From contig JANHCV010000018.1 in the NCBI GenBank assembly GCA_025594325.1, forward strand, positions 124,001-188,000: 64,000 nucleotides of DNA. Direction: 5' to 3'. Made by a program: the position numbers and the translations under genes. The DNA is from Blastocladiella emersonii ATCC 22665 (taxonomy: Eukaryota > Fungi > Blastocladiomycota). A model generated the notes under the pieces. The model was not told the DNA's origin. It worked only from the letters and a program-made list of their open reading frames with translations, and searched no databases. Below, one piece after another: positions 22,562-34,337 of this stretch; position 1 is the stretch's first letter, and the number at the start of each line of letters is the position of its first letter.

Positions 22562-24795
22562 TCAGAAGTGGACGACCACGTCCGACCAGTCGTCGCGCGA
22601 GAAACTGCCCTCAGCCGGACTGACGTATTTGAGCGCCTCGCCGCCCATGGTGGTATCAAGAGGAGTGGGTTGGCCAAAGCATGCAGCCTGCTGCGAGTGG
22701 ATATCGTTGGCCCAACCCGCGGTTGCAAGGAGCTCAGACTCGCCTTCGGGGTTCATGTCCCACCGCGTGAGTCCGCGAGTCGGGTCTGCAGTGGTTGTAA
22801 TCTTGGCAATCTTGGCCCACGGCTCCAGAGTACCCGTGTGAGCACGCTTGAGGCCGGCAGCAACGGCGGCAGACATCGCTTGGCGCTCGCGCAGAGTAGG
22901 CGCCTCGGACCGCAGCCACGTTGCCACGTTCGTAAATGCCGCGTGGCGCTGGACAGAGAACCCGGCGGCGAAGGCGTGGAACGCATGGAAGCCCCCTTGA
23001 TATACCTCAACCCGGGCGTGGCCCCCAACGCTGGCAATGCACTTGGCAAGCTCAATGCCCTCATCCCGGAGCGTCTCGCCGCCACCGAGCTGGATGAGAA
23101 TGGGCGGAAGGCCGCGGAGCATGTCCCCTGTAGCATACTACAATTCCGTCGATCCATGTCAGTAAACCATCGAGTCGGACAAGACACGGGCGCCGTGCGC
23201 GTCGGGGAGCAGAGCAGACGCACCAAGGGCGACACGAAAGGATGTGTGCACGAAAAGGGCGCGCAAAACTCGACGAAACCCTCAAAAACACCAGGAAGTT
23301 CGGCAGGAAGGTAGCAAGTTTCGGCGTTCTCCTTCCAAGACATGGAAGTGCTGGGCGGGTCGAGCTATGTACGTTGGATGGGGGACGTGTCAGTTGCAGA
23401 TGCCCAGTAGCGCAGGAGGTGTCCTCTGAGGGGCCGGCGTACCCAAGGCGAGAGAAGGACAGCGGCCCCAGGAAGCGGGAAGCCACATTCCTTGAGAATA
23501 AGAAGCGCGCTAGTCGCCGTGTTCCCGCCGCTGCTGTCTCCAGCAAAGACAATTTGCGACGGATGCCAAACGCGGTCCACAAGAGGGTTCGGTGCCGCAT
23601 TGCGAATGGTAGTGCGAAGATCGGGCGGGCCTGCCGCGGCATTGAGATTGGCAAGCGGATGCTCAGTGAAAGAGTATCGGGCAGCAGGCCGGCGGCCAAT
23701 CAATGAGAGGTACACAAGGACGACATCCTCTACGGCGCAGCGGTGTTTGTGCTCGGGAGCGAGGCGTTGATGCAAAGCTGATTGCCCGCATGCAAGGGCG
23801 AAAGGAGTTAGGATGACCTGATCGACAAAGCGCCACAACAATAGCATGACGTACCGAGCACTGCCGTGTTGGGAGTGTACTGGACAATCTTGCTGCTGAT
23901 GCAGCGATGGGTACGCGCCGAGAGAAAGTGAAAGGCACTGAAGGCAGGCAGGTGATGTGTCAACCGGGTCAGTGAACAGTGTGCAGCAGAGTATTATTTC
24001 GGGTCGGCTTTCGAATGCGTACCCGCCATGAACGTAAAGAACGAGTGTGTCGATTGCGGCAGCCGAAGCGGTGGGCGAGTTGCCCGCCGGCTGGACAAGG
24101 CGGGCATATTCGGCGCTGACAGCGTAGCCGGGAGCCTGCCCAATTTCCGATGTCATCCCCGACGCCAGCCAGTGCTCCTCGGGCGATCCGTCCGCGGCCA
24201 AAGTCGCGTTGTCGAAAACAAACCAGGTGGGCGAGTAGACATACTTGTGCGGCGAGGTTGGATAGGTAAACTGGGTGATGCGGCGGGCAAGCGGAGTTGA
24301 GAGCTGGTGCGCGGGTGGGTTGAGGAGCATGGCGGAGCGCAAGACGGCGCGCGTCGCGGTGGCCTGCCACGACCACGACTCGTGTGGCGGGCCGACGAGA
24401 GCGTGGGTGACAAGCGCGCGCGTCGTAGACAGAACCGTCGTGGTCGCGGTTCGCACGAGATGCGGTAAGGCCCGGCAGGCCATCAGTGGCGAGATGGGAA
24501 TGGCGCCGCCGTGCGCGAGCTGGTACGGAGCGGCCGTGGCGGGCGGCGCGGGCGCAGCAGCCGCCGACGGCGCGGACGCGATCGCAGCAGCCAGGGCCAT
24601 CTGCTCGCGCACGGCAGACTGGGCAGCGCGTGTGTCATCGTCATCGCTCGACTCGGCGCCGTCGACGGCGTCGTCGTTGGCCTCGCGGTCGTCAGGAAGG
24701 CGGCCAAGAAGCTCGCCAGGGCGGGCGCACGTCGGCGCGGTGTCGCGCGCGATGCCCGCGGGAAGCGCGACCGGGTCGCCTGCTGTGTGGTCCAT
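22562..24795 (-). CDS. HSL-family alpha/beta hydrolase (Abhydrolase_3), multi-exon
   Basis: LVLYVHGG (followed by a GTACGC donor), RLAPEH, nucleophile elbow FAGDSSGGN, AVLLSPW, LPPILIQLGGGETLRDEG, EVYQGGFHAF. Internal exon borders only partly resolved. Confidence 0.8.
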
Positions 24796-25267
24796 GGTTG
24801 CAGCAAGCCGGGGGAGTAGTGAGCAGCAGGAGCGGGGGGCGCGAGGTCGCCGGATGCAGGGCGGATGGCGGCAGGGCAGTCAGTCGATGCAAGGTCGGCG
24901 GGCCGGGAGCAGGGCGGGAAGGCCGGCGGGACGGGAGGGCAGGGCGCAGGAGCAGGCGCAGGAGCGCCGACCGTCGCGTCGATCGGACCGCCCTGGACCC
25001 GCGTGATTTCCCCGGACGACGCGTCGCCTGACCCGGTTCCCACGCTGCCACCTCCCTCCTTCCCATCCAGAACCAAGCGGCGGTACCCCAGAGTCATCCT
25101 CGGGACGGGGCTACCCTCTCAGGTGATCGGCAAGGAATTCTACGCAGGAGCAGATTAAGCCAGGCAGCATATCCTGGCCATGTATGAACGAGAATGGAAG
25201 TTAACCCCGCTGCTGCACATAATATACTTTGCGCCGAGCGCTAGACCATTCTTGCGTGCCGGCACCG

Positions 25268-26779
25268 TCACTGCTCGTCGTCGTCGTGCTCCTGGAGCCC
25301 GCCAACACGCCAGTCGAGCCTGCGCGGCGCCAGAGCAGCCTCGAGCGCCATCATGGCGTCGATCTCGTCGCAGCAAGGGTTGCTCCCCACCTCCCACACG
25401 CGCACGGAGGTCAGATGATCCGTGAGCCCGCGGAGTGTGCCCATGGACAGATCGGTCGCGGTCTAGACGACGGGCGTGATGCGGGGCGGCGGTCAGTACA
25501 TCCTGCTTCGCTCGCACAGCGGAAAGTGGACATGCTCTCGTACCAAGTCGATCGCGGTGAGCAGGCGCGTCTCACTTGCCGGGACCAGTGCTGGGACCAG
25601 TTCAGCGAGCGAAATACCGCGCAGTGACGCTGTCTGAAGCTTGCTCAGGCCCAGAAGCCCGGCCACGTCGCACGCGGGTAGAGTACGGCACTCGGAGACG
25701 TCCAACACGCGAATGTGCGGGTAAGTTCGCACGAACGAGCTCGAGACGAGGGCAAGCCCGGGGTTTTTGGCAAGGGAGAGTTCTGCGAGGTACGGGTGCG
25801 GGTGTGGTTGCGCGCACGCGTCGTCGAGCAGCGGACCCTCAATCCCGCACTGCGCGAGGTCCAGTCGTTCGAGGAGCGGAAAGCGACCGCGCGGATCCAG
25901 GATTGCGCGGGCTCCTTCTAGACCAACCCCGCTACCAATTAAAACGAGTGAGCGCAACGAGGTTTGCGCCTGGAGACTGGGCATGAGTTTGGTCCACGCC
26001 AGGTCTAGACCAAGGGCTGGGTTGCCAGCAACTTCCAGAGTGGAGAGGGCCGGGCAGACCGACAGCCAGTGGCGAAGGTCGACTGGGTCCAGCGCGCAGT
26101 CGGAAAGATCAAGCGACTCGAGCGTGTGGAGGAGGACGGAGGTGCCACTGGTCGCGAGGGAAGGACGGTCGTTGCCCGCAAGATTAAGTCGGGTCAAGGA
26201 GCTTGCGACGGCGCCAAGTATGGTTGCGACAAAGGAAAGCTCGCCCTTGAGGGCCTTCCCCGAGAGATCGAGTGACTTGAGATGTGATTGGGCGCCGAGA
26301 TGTTCAAATCCGCGAGCCCAAGGAGCAGCGTCTTCGTCTTGGGCCGTCTGCGGCAGCGCGGCTACGGACTCGAGCGAGAACGATGACGCGAGGTATGCCT
26401 CGAGCGCCGCGTGGGCAGACGCGGGAATCGTGTGCCCCGAGAGCTGCAGGGAATGGACACCGTGTTCCGCGGCCTCAGCATCCGCGAGAGCGGCAAAGAG
26501 GCGGGCCCAATCCTCCTCGCGAATGCGCTGCGATGAAAAGAGCACAAGCTCGCGAATCCGTCCCGACCGGATCTGTGCCAGAAGCGGGTCAAGGGGGGCA
26601 GGTTGGGGACCCCATGCGGAGCCAGCGTTGCCCCACACCATGGAGGAAATCAAGCGTTGAAGATCTTGGTACCGTTGCTGCGGGTCGAGCGGGAGCTGAG
26701 GGAAGGCTTGAGTTTGCAGTGCTAGCTCGACGGCCGACGGATCGGCGTTGTATTTTAGCATCACGTGAGTCGTCTCCAT
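25268..26779 (-). CDS. RNI-like leucine-rich repeat protein; exons 26779-25544, 25462-25268 (alternative start 26641)
   Basis: LKSLDLSGKAL, LTRLNLAGN, LESLDLSDCAL, LSTLEVAGNP, LERLDLAQCGI, LAELSLAKNP, IRVLDVSEC. A phase-0 intron (25543-25463) adds an exon with VRVWEVGSNP. Confidence 0.75.
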
Positions 26780-27087
26780 GCGCTTGCTCTATTGAGCCGC
26801 ACACTCTGCAAAACGCTAAACGGTGCAACCTGAACCTCTGGTGCACGACTTGTAGTTCCATCGCCAAGTCCGGGGGAACCAAAGCTCAAATTTGCCCTGA
26901 TCAATAAACGTAGTCGGTTTAGTAACAAGCCGTCGCCGTCATGTGTTGTGGAACGACAAGAGCTGCTCGCGACGTGCTTGCCAGGTGCTCGAGCTGGGCC
27001 TCGGTTGAGTTGTTCAGCTCAGGTCATGTACAGCGGAATGGGTGGGTGAACGATTAATTACAGATTTAGCGAGCATGGCACAGGCCC

Positions 27088-27429
27088 TTAGCGGGCGTCA
27101 AACTGGACCACTGCGGGCGGGGATGGCAAAGTACGTGAGTGGTGCAACATTATCGGTGAGGTGGGCCAGCGAACCGGTCCGTGAGCGAGGCGACGTACTC
27201 TTGCTTGTCCGCTTCTTGTAGAGCACACGGTGGCCACAGTTGTAGCAACGGATGGGGGCCTTGGGGCTGATTTTCACGTCGCCATGGCAAGCTTAGCGCG
27301 ATGAGAGGGGCGTTAGCGGCGAGATGGCTCAAAGCGTGCGGAAGGCAGTCCATCGCGCATACCAGCGCAGGTGTAGGTCATATCCGCCGCCGGTTGCGGG
27401 GGCGCCGAGTACAGCGTCGAAGAATCCAT
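27088..27429 (-). CDS. RPB12: RNA polymerase I/II/III common subunit RPB12 (RPABC4/POLR2K), 60 aa; exons 27429-27363, 27291-27199, 27110-27088
   Basis: Manual splice gives MDSSTLYSAPPQPAADMTYTCAACHGDVKISPKAPIRCYNCGHRVLYKKRTSKMVQFDAR*, a C4 zinc ribbon with the diagnostic YKKRT...VQFDAR end. Both introns are GT-AG. Not in the ORF track. Confidence 0.95.
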
Positions 27430-27654
27430 GGTTGCTCACGTAATGCAATAGGTCAGGGCGTGGTCAACGGTCTCGAGTCGGCGACAGCGCGCGTGGCGGC
27501 GGGACCAGGCGCCAGCCCCGGATGTGGGGCCGATGGCGTCAAGGTCAGCTGACATCAACTGACCTGTCGTCGTGCGTCGTCGCCCAGCGCCGAATCTTTG
27601 CCTCGTCGCAATACTGCTTGCCACTGTCCAACGACGGATCACACTCACATTGAA
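27430..27654. promoter_or_regulatory. 225-bp divergent promoter region between RPB12 and the CDK gene
   Basis: Head-to-head ATGs at 27429 (-) and 27655 (+). Confidence 0.5.
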
Positions 27655-29211
27655 ATGGAGACGAATGACTCGCAGACTCAGCGCAAACGGTCGCGATGGG
27701 CTGGCAGCGACAGTGAGAGCGAGGAAAACTCGAGGGCAGCGACCTCCCAGTCTCACCGCCGTGAGCGCAAGCGCAAACCCGAGCGTGTGACCCATGCCGC
27801 ATCCTGCGCATCAGACACCCTCGCTTCAACCCTTGCTGTACCAAACGAGGTGTCCGCAGCACTCCGCCGCCGACACGGCGACCCTGCAGCCCAGCGCACG
27901 CTCCGTGTTGACGACGCGCCTCTGATTCCGGCAGCCCCAACATCTTTTGATCCGGCTCTGGCATTAGCGTCATCAAGCCACCACGAAAGGCCTTTCGATG
28001 TTTCTCCTGCTCTCGTCACACGGGCAAGGCTCCCGCCGATCCGCCCTTGCCGGGGCGTGGACTCGTATGAGAAACTCAACCGTATCGACGAGGGTGCATA
28101 CGGAATTGTTTATCGTGCCCGTTGCCGCGCAACCCACGAAATCGTTGCTCTAAAGAAGCTGAAACTGGATCGCGAACGCCATGGGTTTCCCGTGACAGCC
28201 CTGCGCGAGATTGAGACTTTACTTCGCATGCGCGATCATCCCCACATTGTGCACGTCCGAGAAATCGTGATGGGGAACAGCCTTACTTCTATCTTCATCG
28301 TCATGGACTATGTTGAGCATGATCTCAAGGCACTGTTAGCAACCATGCCAAGCCCCGGGTTCCACCCGTCCGAAATCAAGACCCTCCTCGCTCAACTTCT
28401 CGGTGCCGTGGCGCATTTGCACAAACACTGGCTTGTACACCGCGACCTTAAAACTTCCAACCTCTTGCTCAACAACTGCGGTGAACTTAAGGTTGCCGAC
28501 TTTGGACTGATTCGCAAGTTTTCAACGCAATCTGGAGCAGACGGTGGCGGCGCAAGCGACCCCCATGGCCGTCCACTTACTCAACTTGTCGTTACCCTGT
28601 GGTATCGCGCGCCTGAGCTCCTGCTAGGCGCCGTTCAGTACGCGTCTGCGATCGATATGTGGAGTGTCGGCTGCATTTTCGCAGAACTCTACCTCCGCGA
28701 GCCCCTCTTTTCGGGCAGAGGAGAGGTCGACCAGCTTGACAAGATTGGAAAATTGCTTGGAAACTTTCCCACGTCCCTCCACGAACTCCCCTTGGCAAAG
28801 AACTTGAAACTTGGTCATTATGGCGCGGGTCCGGGCCTTCGTTCGCGGATTCCTAGCATGTCGAATTCCGGCTTAGACCTCCTGTCGAGACTACTAGACC
28901 TTGATCCTTCGCATCGTATCACGGCGGAGGAAGCTCTCGCCCATCCTTACTTTACGAGGTGCGTGTCGACGGGGGACCGCGCGTTATAGCATGTACTGAC
29001 ATCTCGCCATTCCCTAAACCTAAAACCTAAAGTGAGAAGCCTGCGCCTCGAGACCCCTCATTATTTCCAAGTTTCCCCGCCAAAGGCGAACTTAGAGGGT
29101 ACGTTTAACTCGCTAATTTACCCGGCTACTTAAAATTGACCCGGACCACTGTCATTCCCATCCATTAGAGCCTGTGAAAACTCGACAGACTCACCTGCTG
29201 TTGCAACTTGA
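27655..29211 (+). CDS. CDK11: CDK11/CDK10 (PITSLRE-class) cyclin-dependent kinase; exons 27655-28958, 29033-29098, probably 29169-29211
   Basis: CRGVDSYEKLNRIDEGAYGIVYRA, GFPVTALRE, HRDLKTSNLL, VADFGL, VVTLWYRAPELLLG. Exon 2 gives EKPAPRDPSLFPSFPAKGE, the CDK11-type tail. The last exon is tentative. Confidence 0.88.
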
Positions 29212-29372
29212 TTATTGTGCACAGTTCCGTTGGGTTTCAAGTGTACCCGCAGTCGCACCTGCTACAGAACAACTGGTTGTTGATGAGGCGAACCCAAGGC
29301 GGCGAACTTTCCATACAACCACAGGTTTGTGATCATGCAAAAGTGACATTGTGAAGTCAAAGCGCGATTTGA

Positions 29373-32300
29373 GGCGCCATTGACCATGCCCGCGACACAG
29401 AGAAGGCGATGTACGTGTACTTTGAGGACAAGAGCAAGGCGTTCGACAAGGTCCCGCACTCGATCCTGCGGCTGGCCCTGCGCCGCATCCGCCTGCCTGA
29501 GCCGTTCATTCAGTTGTACTGCACGCAGGTCCTTGAGGGTCGCACATCGCGTGTGATCACTGCGTATGGGCTCACCGAACCGATCCCGTGTCTCCGCGGC
29601 GTGCCCCAGGGCGCAGTTGAGTCCCCGCTAATGTTGTCCTGTCTCTACGATTCCCTCCTTTGTAACGATATTTCGAAAGGCGCAGATGACGCATTTCCCC
29701 TCCTCCCGTATGCAGGTCGCGGTTCCTTCAAGTCCGCGCACACTCGGCCTGGTTGCAACCCGCCGAGACGACTTTTCCCTGGCACCAAGCACCGCCCACC
29801 CGTCAAGCTCAAGAACCTGTCGTTCGTGGACGACGCGGCCTTCTTCGCGTGCACGCCAGGCGGCCTCCACCGCACCGTGGCACGCGTCGACTCGTTCAAC
29901 GCGGCCTGCGGCATTCGATCCAATGCCGCCAAGGGCGCCGTGCTGTCAATCAACTCTAAACGAGAGCCGCTGATCAAGTCCAACGACGTCGAGGTGCCAA
30001 GGATTTCGAGCGATGGAGCGTTTCGCTACCTGGGCGTCTTCCTCAACGCGACGGGCACGGGTGGCCCGGCCGTAGAGGCCATGGAGGAGACGTTCGGGCG
30101 CGCGATGCTCTCGCTGCGGAACAAGAAGATCACGGCCAAGATGGCCGTGTACGTCATCAACGCGGTCGTCTGGCCTGCCATGGTGTACCGCTCTCGCAAC
30201 TTTGTGCCCAAGCTCCGCCGCTTGCAGAAGTGGGACGCGTCCGCGCGTGCTCTCATTCGCAAGAAGCTGCATGTCGCGAGCACCTTCCACGCGTCAGCGC
30301 TCCACCATCCCGCGATCCTCGCGCTTGCGTCCATCGAGGAGCAGGTCACCCGGTACCACATGAAGGCGGTCATCTCTTCTCTCAACCACTGCGATACCAT
30401 GATCCGCACGGCAGTCCGCTGCTCGCTCTCAGCTTTGCAGACCTATCTCACGGTCCCTTACTCGCCGCTTGCCGTCCCAACCAGCGAGCCGACTGCGGAG
30501 AGTCCATGTTACTTTGGCGGCTTGCTCGAACTCATGCGCGTCCGGCGCCTCTCGATTGCCGATCTTAGCGGCGAGTATACGATCGGCAACCCCGCCACGG
30601 ACTTGCCAATTCGCCAGCTGGTGCCCTGGGGCAGATCTCTCCCACTGTCCGCCGCGCCATGCGGGGCTACTTCATCTCGAACATCTCGCAGTTTACTCAG
30701 CATGGCAAGATTGCAGATGGCATCAACCCACAGTGCGCTGAGGAGTTGCTCTCGGGCCGCTTCAACCCAGCGACCAGGTGTTTTGTGCAAGTCCCTGAGC
30801 GAACCCAGTTCATCAATCTCGCGACCTGCTTGCTCCAGGCCTATCTCGCCGACCCTCATGCCCATCCACAGTGGGGCCCGTGTGCAGCCTTTTGCACCCG
30901 CGAGCCTTACCCACTCAGTGTTGACGACGAAGTTGCTCCACCCATCAACATCCGCGAGGCCTTCACCGCAGGCCTTCGCGTGACACAAGTCCCGGCTCAG
31001 GCGGGCCCGCTCGACCTCGATCCTGCACTGGTGCCTGTCTACACGGACGGCTCCATGGTGCCAGCTGCGGACGGGGTCGGGTCGTCCCGCCTTGGAGCGG
31101 GCGTGTGGTTCCCGACGCTTGGTGTCCGTCTGTCAGCGCGCGTCTCGCCTGGCGTAGCTTCTTCTACGCGAGCCGAGGCGTGGGCGATCGCGCTTGCGGT
31201 CGCCGCGGCACCACAGCGCTCGCGGATCCACATCTACTCTGACTCCCAGGCTGCCATTGCATCGGCCATCCGCGTCCTATCGTTCCTTTCCTCCTCCTCG
31301 TCTGATTCTGGCTTTCCTTCTTCCCTCACTTCTACTGACGCATGGTCGTTTGCAGTGGCAGCCGCGCGTGCCCGCCGCGTGACCTTCACAATCTCCTGGG
31401 TCCGCGGGCACGCCGGCGTTGAGGGGAACGAGATCGCTGACGGGCTCGCCGCTGACGGGATCAATCTGGCCCAAGAGCTCGTCCTCGCTCCCCCCTTCGC
31501 CAAACAGATCCGGTTAGATGTTCAGCATGCGCTGTATTTTGATGACGTCCCCGTTCCCACATCCTCCACTGCACTCCTCAAGATCCTGTCCACTGCACGC
31601 TGCGATGCGACTATCCGCTCCAAGTCCGCCCTCCTCTCCTTCCTCCACACCTCCCCTGACCCCGATGAGCACCCTGACATGCTTGCGACCTCACTGGCCA
31701 TTGGCTCCGGCTCCCGCCCGCTCGATAAGCGCACCTCCAGCGCTGCGAACCGCGACATCGTCTATCGCGTTCGCCACCTCCTTGGGATCACACCCACTCG
31801 CTCACTACTGCACGCCCGCCATCCTACTCTAGTCACTTCACCGGTGTGTCCTAGGTGCCAAGTAGCCATTGACGACGGAAGCCACTGGATGATCTGCACC
31901 CGTAACGCCGCGGCCGTGTCCGCCGCGCTGGGCTCTGCCCAAAAGTCCATTGAGCGGTATTCTTGCCGCGCCGCTGCCTCTGTTGCCGCCGCCGCCGCCG
32001 CTACTGCTGCGGCCGCATCCACTGCACGAGCACCGAATGCGCCCACTCCACCTCCACCTCCACCTGCACCACCACCGCCTCTCTCTCCTGTCCAAGGCGA
32101 GGACCTCAGCACGCCCGGCTACGCCATGGTCGGCGAGTCCATTGCTGGTGCAACTGACGCCCTCCACAACTTTGGCACTCGACTCGCAGCGTCCATCTGG
32201 CGCGACCCCGACGCCCTCTCCCGCCTCGCCGGCTGCGTTCTACGCGTCCGCGACGTGTCGTTCGGCTCGCGGGCCCTCCAACTCGACCGCGCCCTCACCC

Positions 32301-32659
32301 GGCCCGTCCTCGCGGCCATCACGTCCGTCGCCTCCCGATCCCTCTGGCGCGGCGCCTGGCTCTCTCACTCTGCTGGCTGCACCGAGGCCGACCCACTCGA
32401 TTTTTCTGAAGCTCCGCCGCACGAGCCGCGTGAGCGGGCCCACCGCCCATTTGGCCAGCCCATTGCCACACTCAAGTTCATCAACCGCCACCACTACTGC
32501 TCTCGCTGTCTGAGCTCGCTCCATTCCCACGTCCCCCACCCGTCTGGGCGTGAAGAAAACCCGCCCGTGTGCCCGCCGTCCACCGCGGCCCAGGCGGCTC
32601 TTGTTGCAGATCCCTCCGTCCGACTTTGGTTGCTCGGTTCCCCAAGGCACATTCGGTGA
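29373..32659 (+). pseudogene. RT-RNase H-zinc knuckle polyprotein, truncated and split by one frameshift near 30630
   Basis: RT: GVPQGAVESP, SFVDD, FRYLGV. RNase H: VYTDGS, STRAE, IYSDSQ, WVRGHAGVEGNEIAD. Knuckle: CPRC-X7-H-X3-C. The two ORFs (29409-30983, 30659-32659) fuse if one G is added to GGGG at 30628-30631. Confidence 0.85.
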
Positions 32660-33211
32660 TGTGACTAGACCAAGGATCGGCGCAGTCGACGCAAGTCCAG
32701 TGGCACCAGGTGTTTGCGCGCGGTACTGACCCATCCACTTTCTCTCGTTCTGACCACGATGAAACGCATGATCCGCCACTGAATGGCGCTGACGCACAAA
32801 AGAAAAAGAAAAAGAAGGAGAAAAACAAAATAAAGAGAAACGCAACAAGAAGAACGTCCGCACAAAAAGATGGAAAAACATCTGACGAACCTCACAGGCC
32901 ATGCCCAATACCACAGCACTGCCACTGGTCCATTGGCATGTCCTCGCGCTCTAGCTGGTCACGCCAGCGTGTCTCTCTGCTCGGTCTCTCTTTACTGCTC
33001 TTCGTTCGCTCTCTTAGCTCGCTGCTCGAGCTCGCTCTCTCTTCGCCTCGTTCGCCCATCTCTCTCGTACTCCCCTCTCCTCCCACAATTCTTCCCCCTA
33101 TGCTCCTCGACGTGCACGGTCCGGGCTTGTCGTACTGCGGCTTGCCCACAAAAAGGCTGCTGCCCGTTGCACAGTGGATATTCTGGTTGCAGTCCACAAC
33201 CGCAGTTAAGG

Positions 33212-33237
33212 AATAAATGCATTGGTTCCAAAATAAA
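33212..33237 (+). terminator. Retroelement polyadenylation signal and short A-tail (repeated in every array unit)
   Basis: AATAAA-TGCATTGGTTCC-AAAA(T/A)AAA immediately before the 16-bp target duplication. Confidence 0.7.
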
Positions 33238-33831
33238 GAGGGTTCCGAGCAGCTCCTCTGTCTATCCGCGTGAAACCACTCACCCGCTGACGGACGTACA
33301 CCGCGCACCGTGCAGCGCGCACAGCACACAGCGCCCGACGCACCCCGCGGTGCGCACACGGCGCAAACGGCCACCCTGGTGTCACACACACTCGCATGAA
33401 CGGCAGGCATGCAAGGCGTCCTCAACTCAACAATGATTTATCATCCAGGCTTGCTACTCGCTCCAACGGGTGCGCCTGCCTGCCCTCCCGGTGCCGTTGA
33501 TTGATTGATGGGTGCGCCAGCCCCTGTTGCCAGCCAAGTGGCAAGCAACACCACAGCACCTGCGTCGCCCTGGCCACCGTACCTTGGAAACAGCGTAGCA
33601 GCCGTACTGCTTCACAGGGCTGCAGAGGGCTGGCTGCGGAGGGCTGAGGCGGCAGGGCTCCTGCTGCAGGAAGGAGACAGTGCTGGGGCCAAGGAGTGCT
33701 AGGGACGACAAACTGAATGGTGAATGACCCACACACCACATGCTCCTGGCAGGAGAGCGTGTGGGCGTGCGGGCCTGTGTCCGTGCGTGCCTGTGTCCGT
33801 GCGTGCCTGGATTAGACCTCCATCACAAGCG

Positions 33832-33909
33832 CCAAGTGACCAAGTGACCAAGGTGACCAAGTGACCAAGGTGACCAAGGTGACCACGGTGACCAAGGTGA
33901 CCAAGTGAC
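33832..33909. repeat. Mixed 8/9-mer microsatellite (CCAAGTGA / CCAAGGTGA), one block per unit
   Basis: Read directly. Preceded by a duplicated 16-mer CCTGTGTCCGTGCGTG at about 33774-33805. Confidence 0.9.
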
Positions 33910-34322
33910 ACACAAGCACCAAGCTAGGGTGGCCGGGCGGCCATGGAACGTACTGCATGGGTACCAATACCGTGGACTGGCCGCGGCCATTAATCGCAGC
34001 ACAGCCCTGCCTGGCTCAGGACGCGGCGGGCGTGGGAGGCGGGCAGGGTAGATAGGTAGCAGCAGCAGGACCTGGCTAGCTGGCTGTCAAACAGCACGAG
34101 TGAAGGGGTGCGTGAGGGAGGGTGTGTTGAATGAATGGATGGGTGGATGCAGGCAGACCTTCATACGTGTCGTGCGTGATGAGGATTGGCTGGCCACTAT
34201 CCACCCACCAACGCCATGGCATGGCTGCGGGTGTCGCTGCGTGCGCCTTGGCGGGTGGTAGTGGAGCTAAAGTGGTGTCGTGGGGCTCTTGGGGTCCCCT
34301 TTCCTTCCTGTCTGGCCTAGGT

Positions 34323-34337
34323 GGGTGGGTGGGTGGG
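34323..34337 (+). other. Canonical G-quadruplex motif GGGTGGGTGGGTGGG, one per unit
   Basis: Four G3 runs with 1-nt loops, read directly. Confidence 0.75.

Larger units (their letters stand above)
29373..33237 (+). mobile_element. 5'-truncated L1-like non-LTR retrotransposon with RNase H (about 3.86 kb; ORF1 and endonuclease missing)
   Basis: RT similarity starts mid-domain (GAIDHARDTEKAMYVYFEDKSKAFDKV) right after an in-frame TGA. It is followed by RNase H, a Cys/His knuckle, a 578-nt 3' UTR, AATAAA (33212-33217) and an A-tail (33230-33237). Confidence 0.88.

Noticed and set aside
29012-29030. CCCTAAACCTAAAACCTAA telomere-like sequence
   Set aside because: Only about 3 degenerate copies, inside a CDK intron next to the acceptor.
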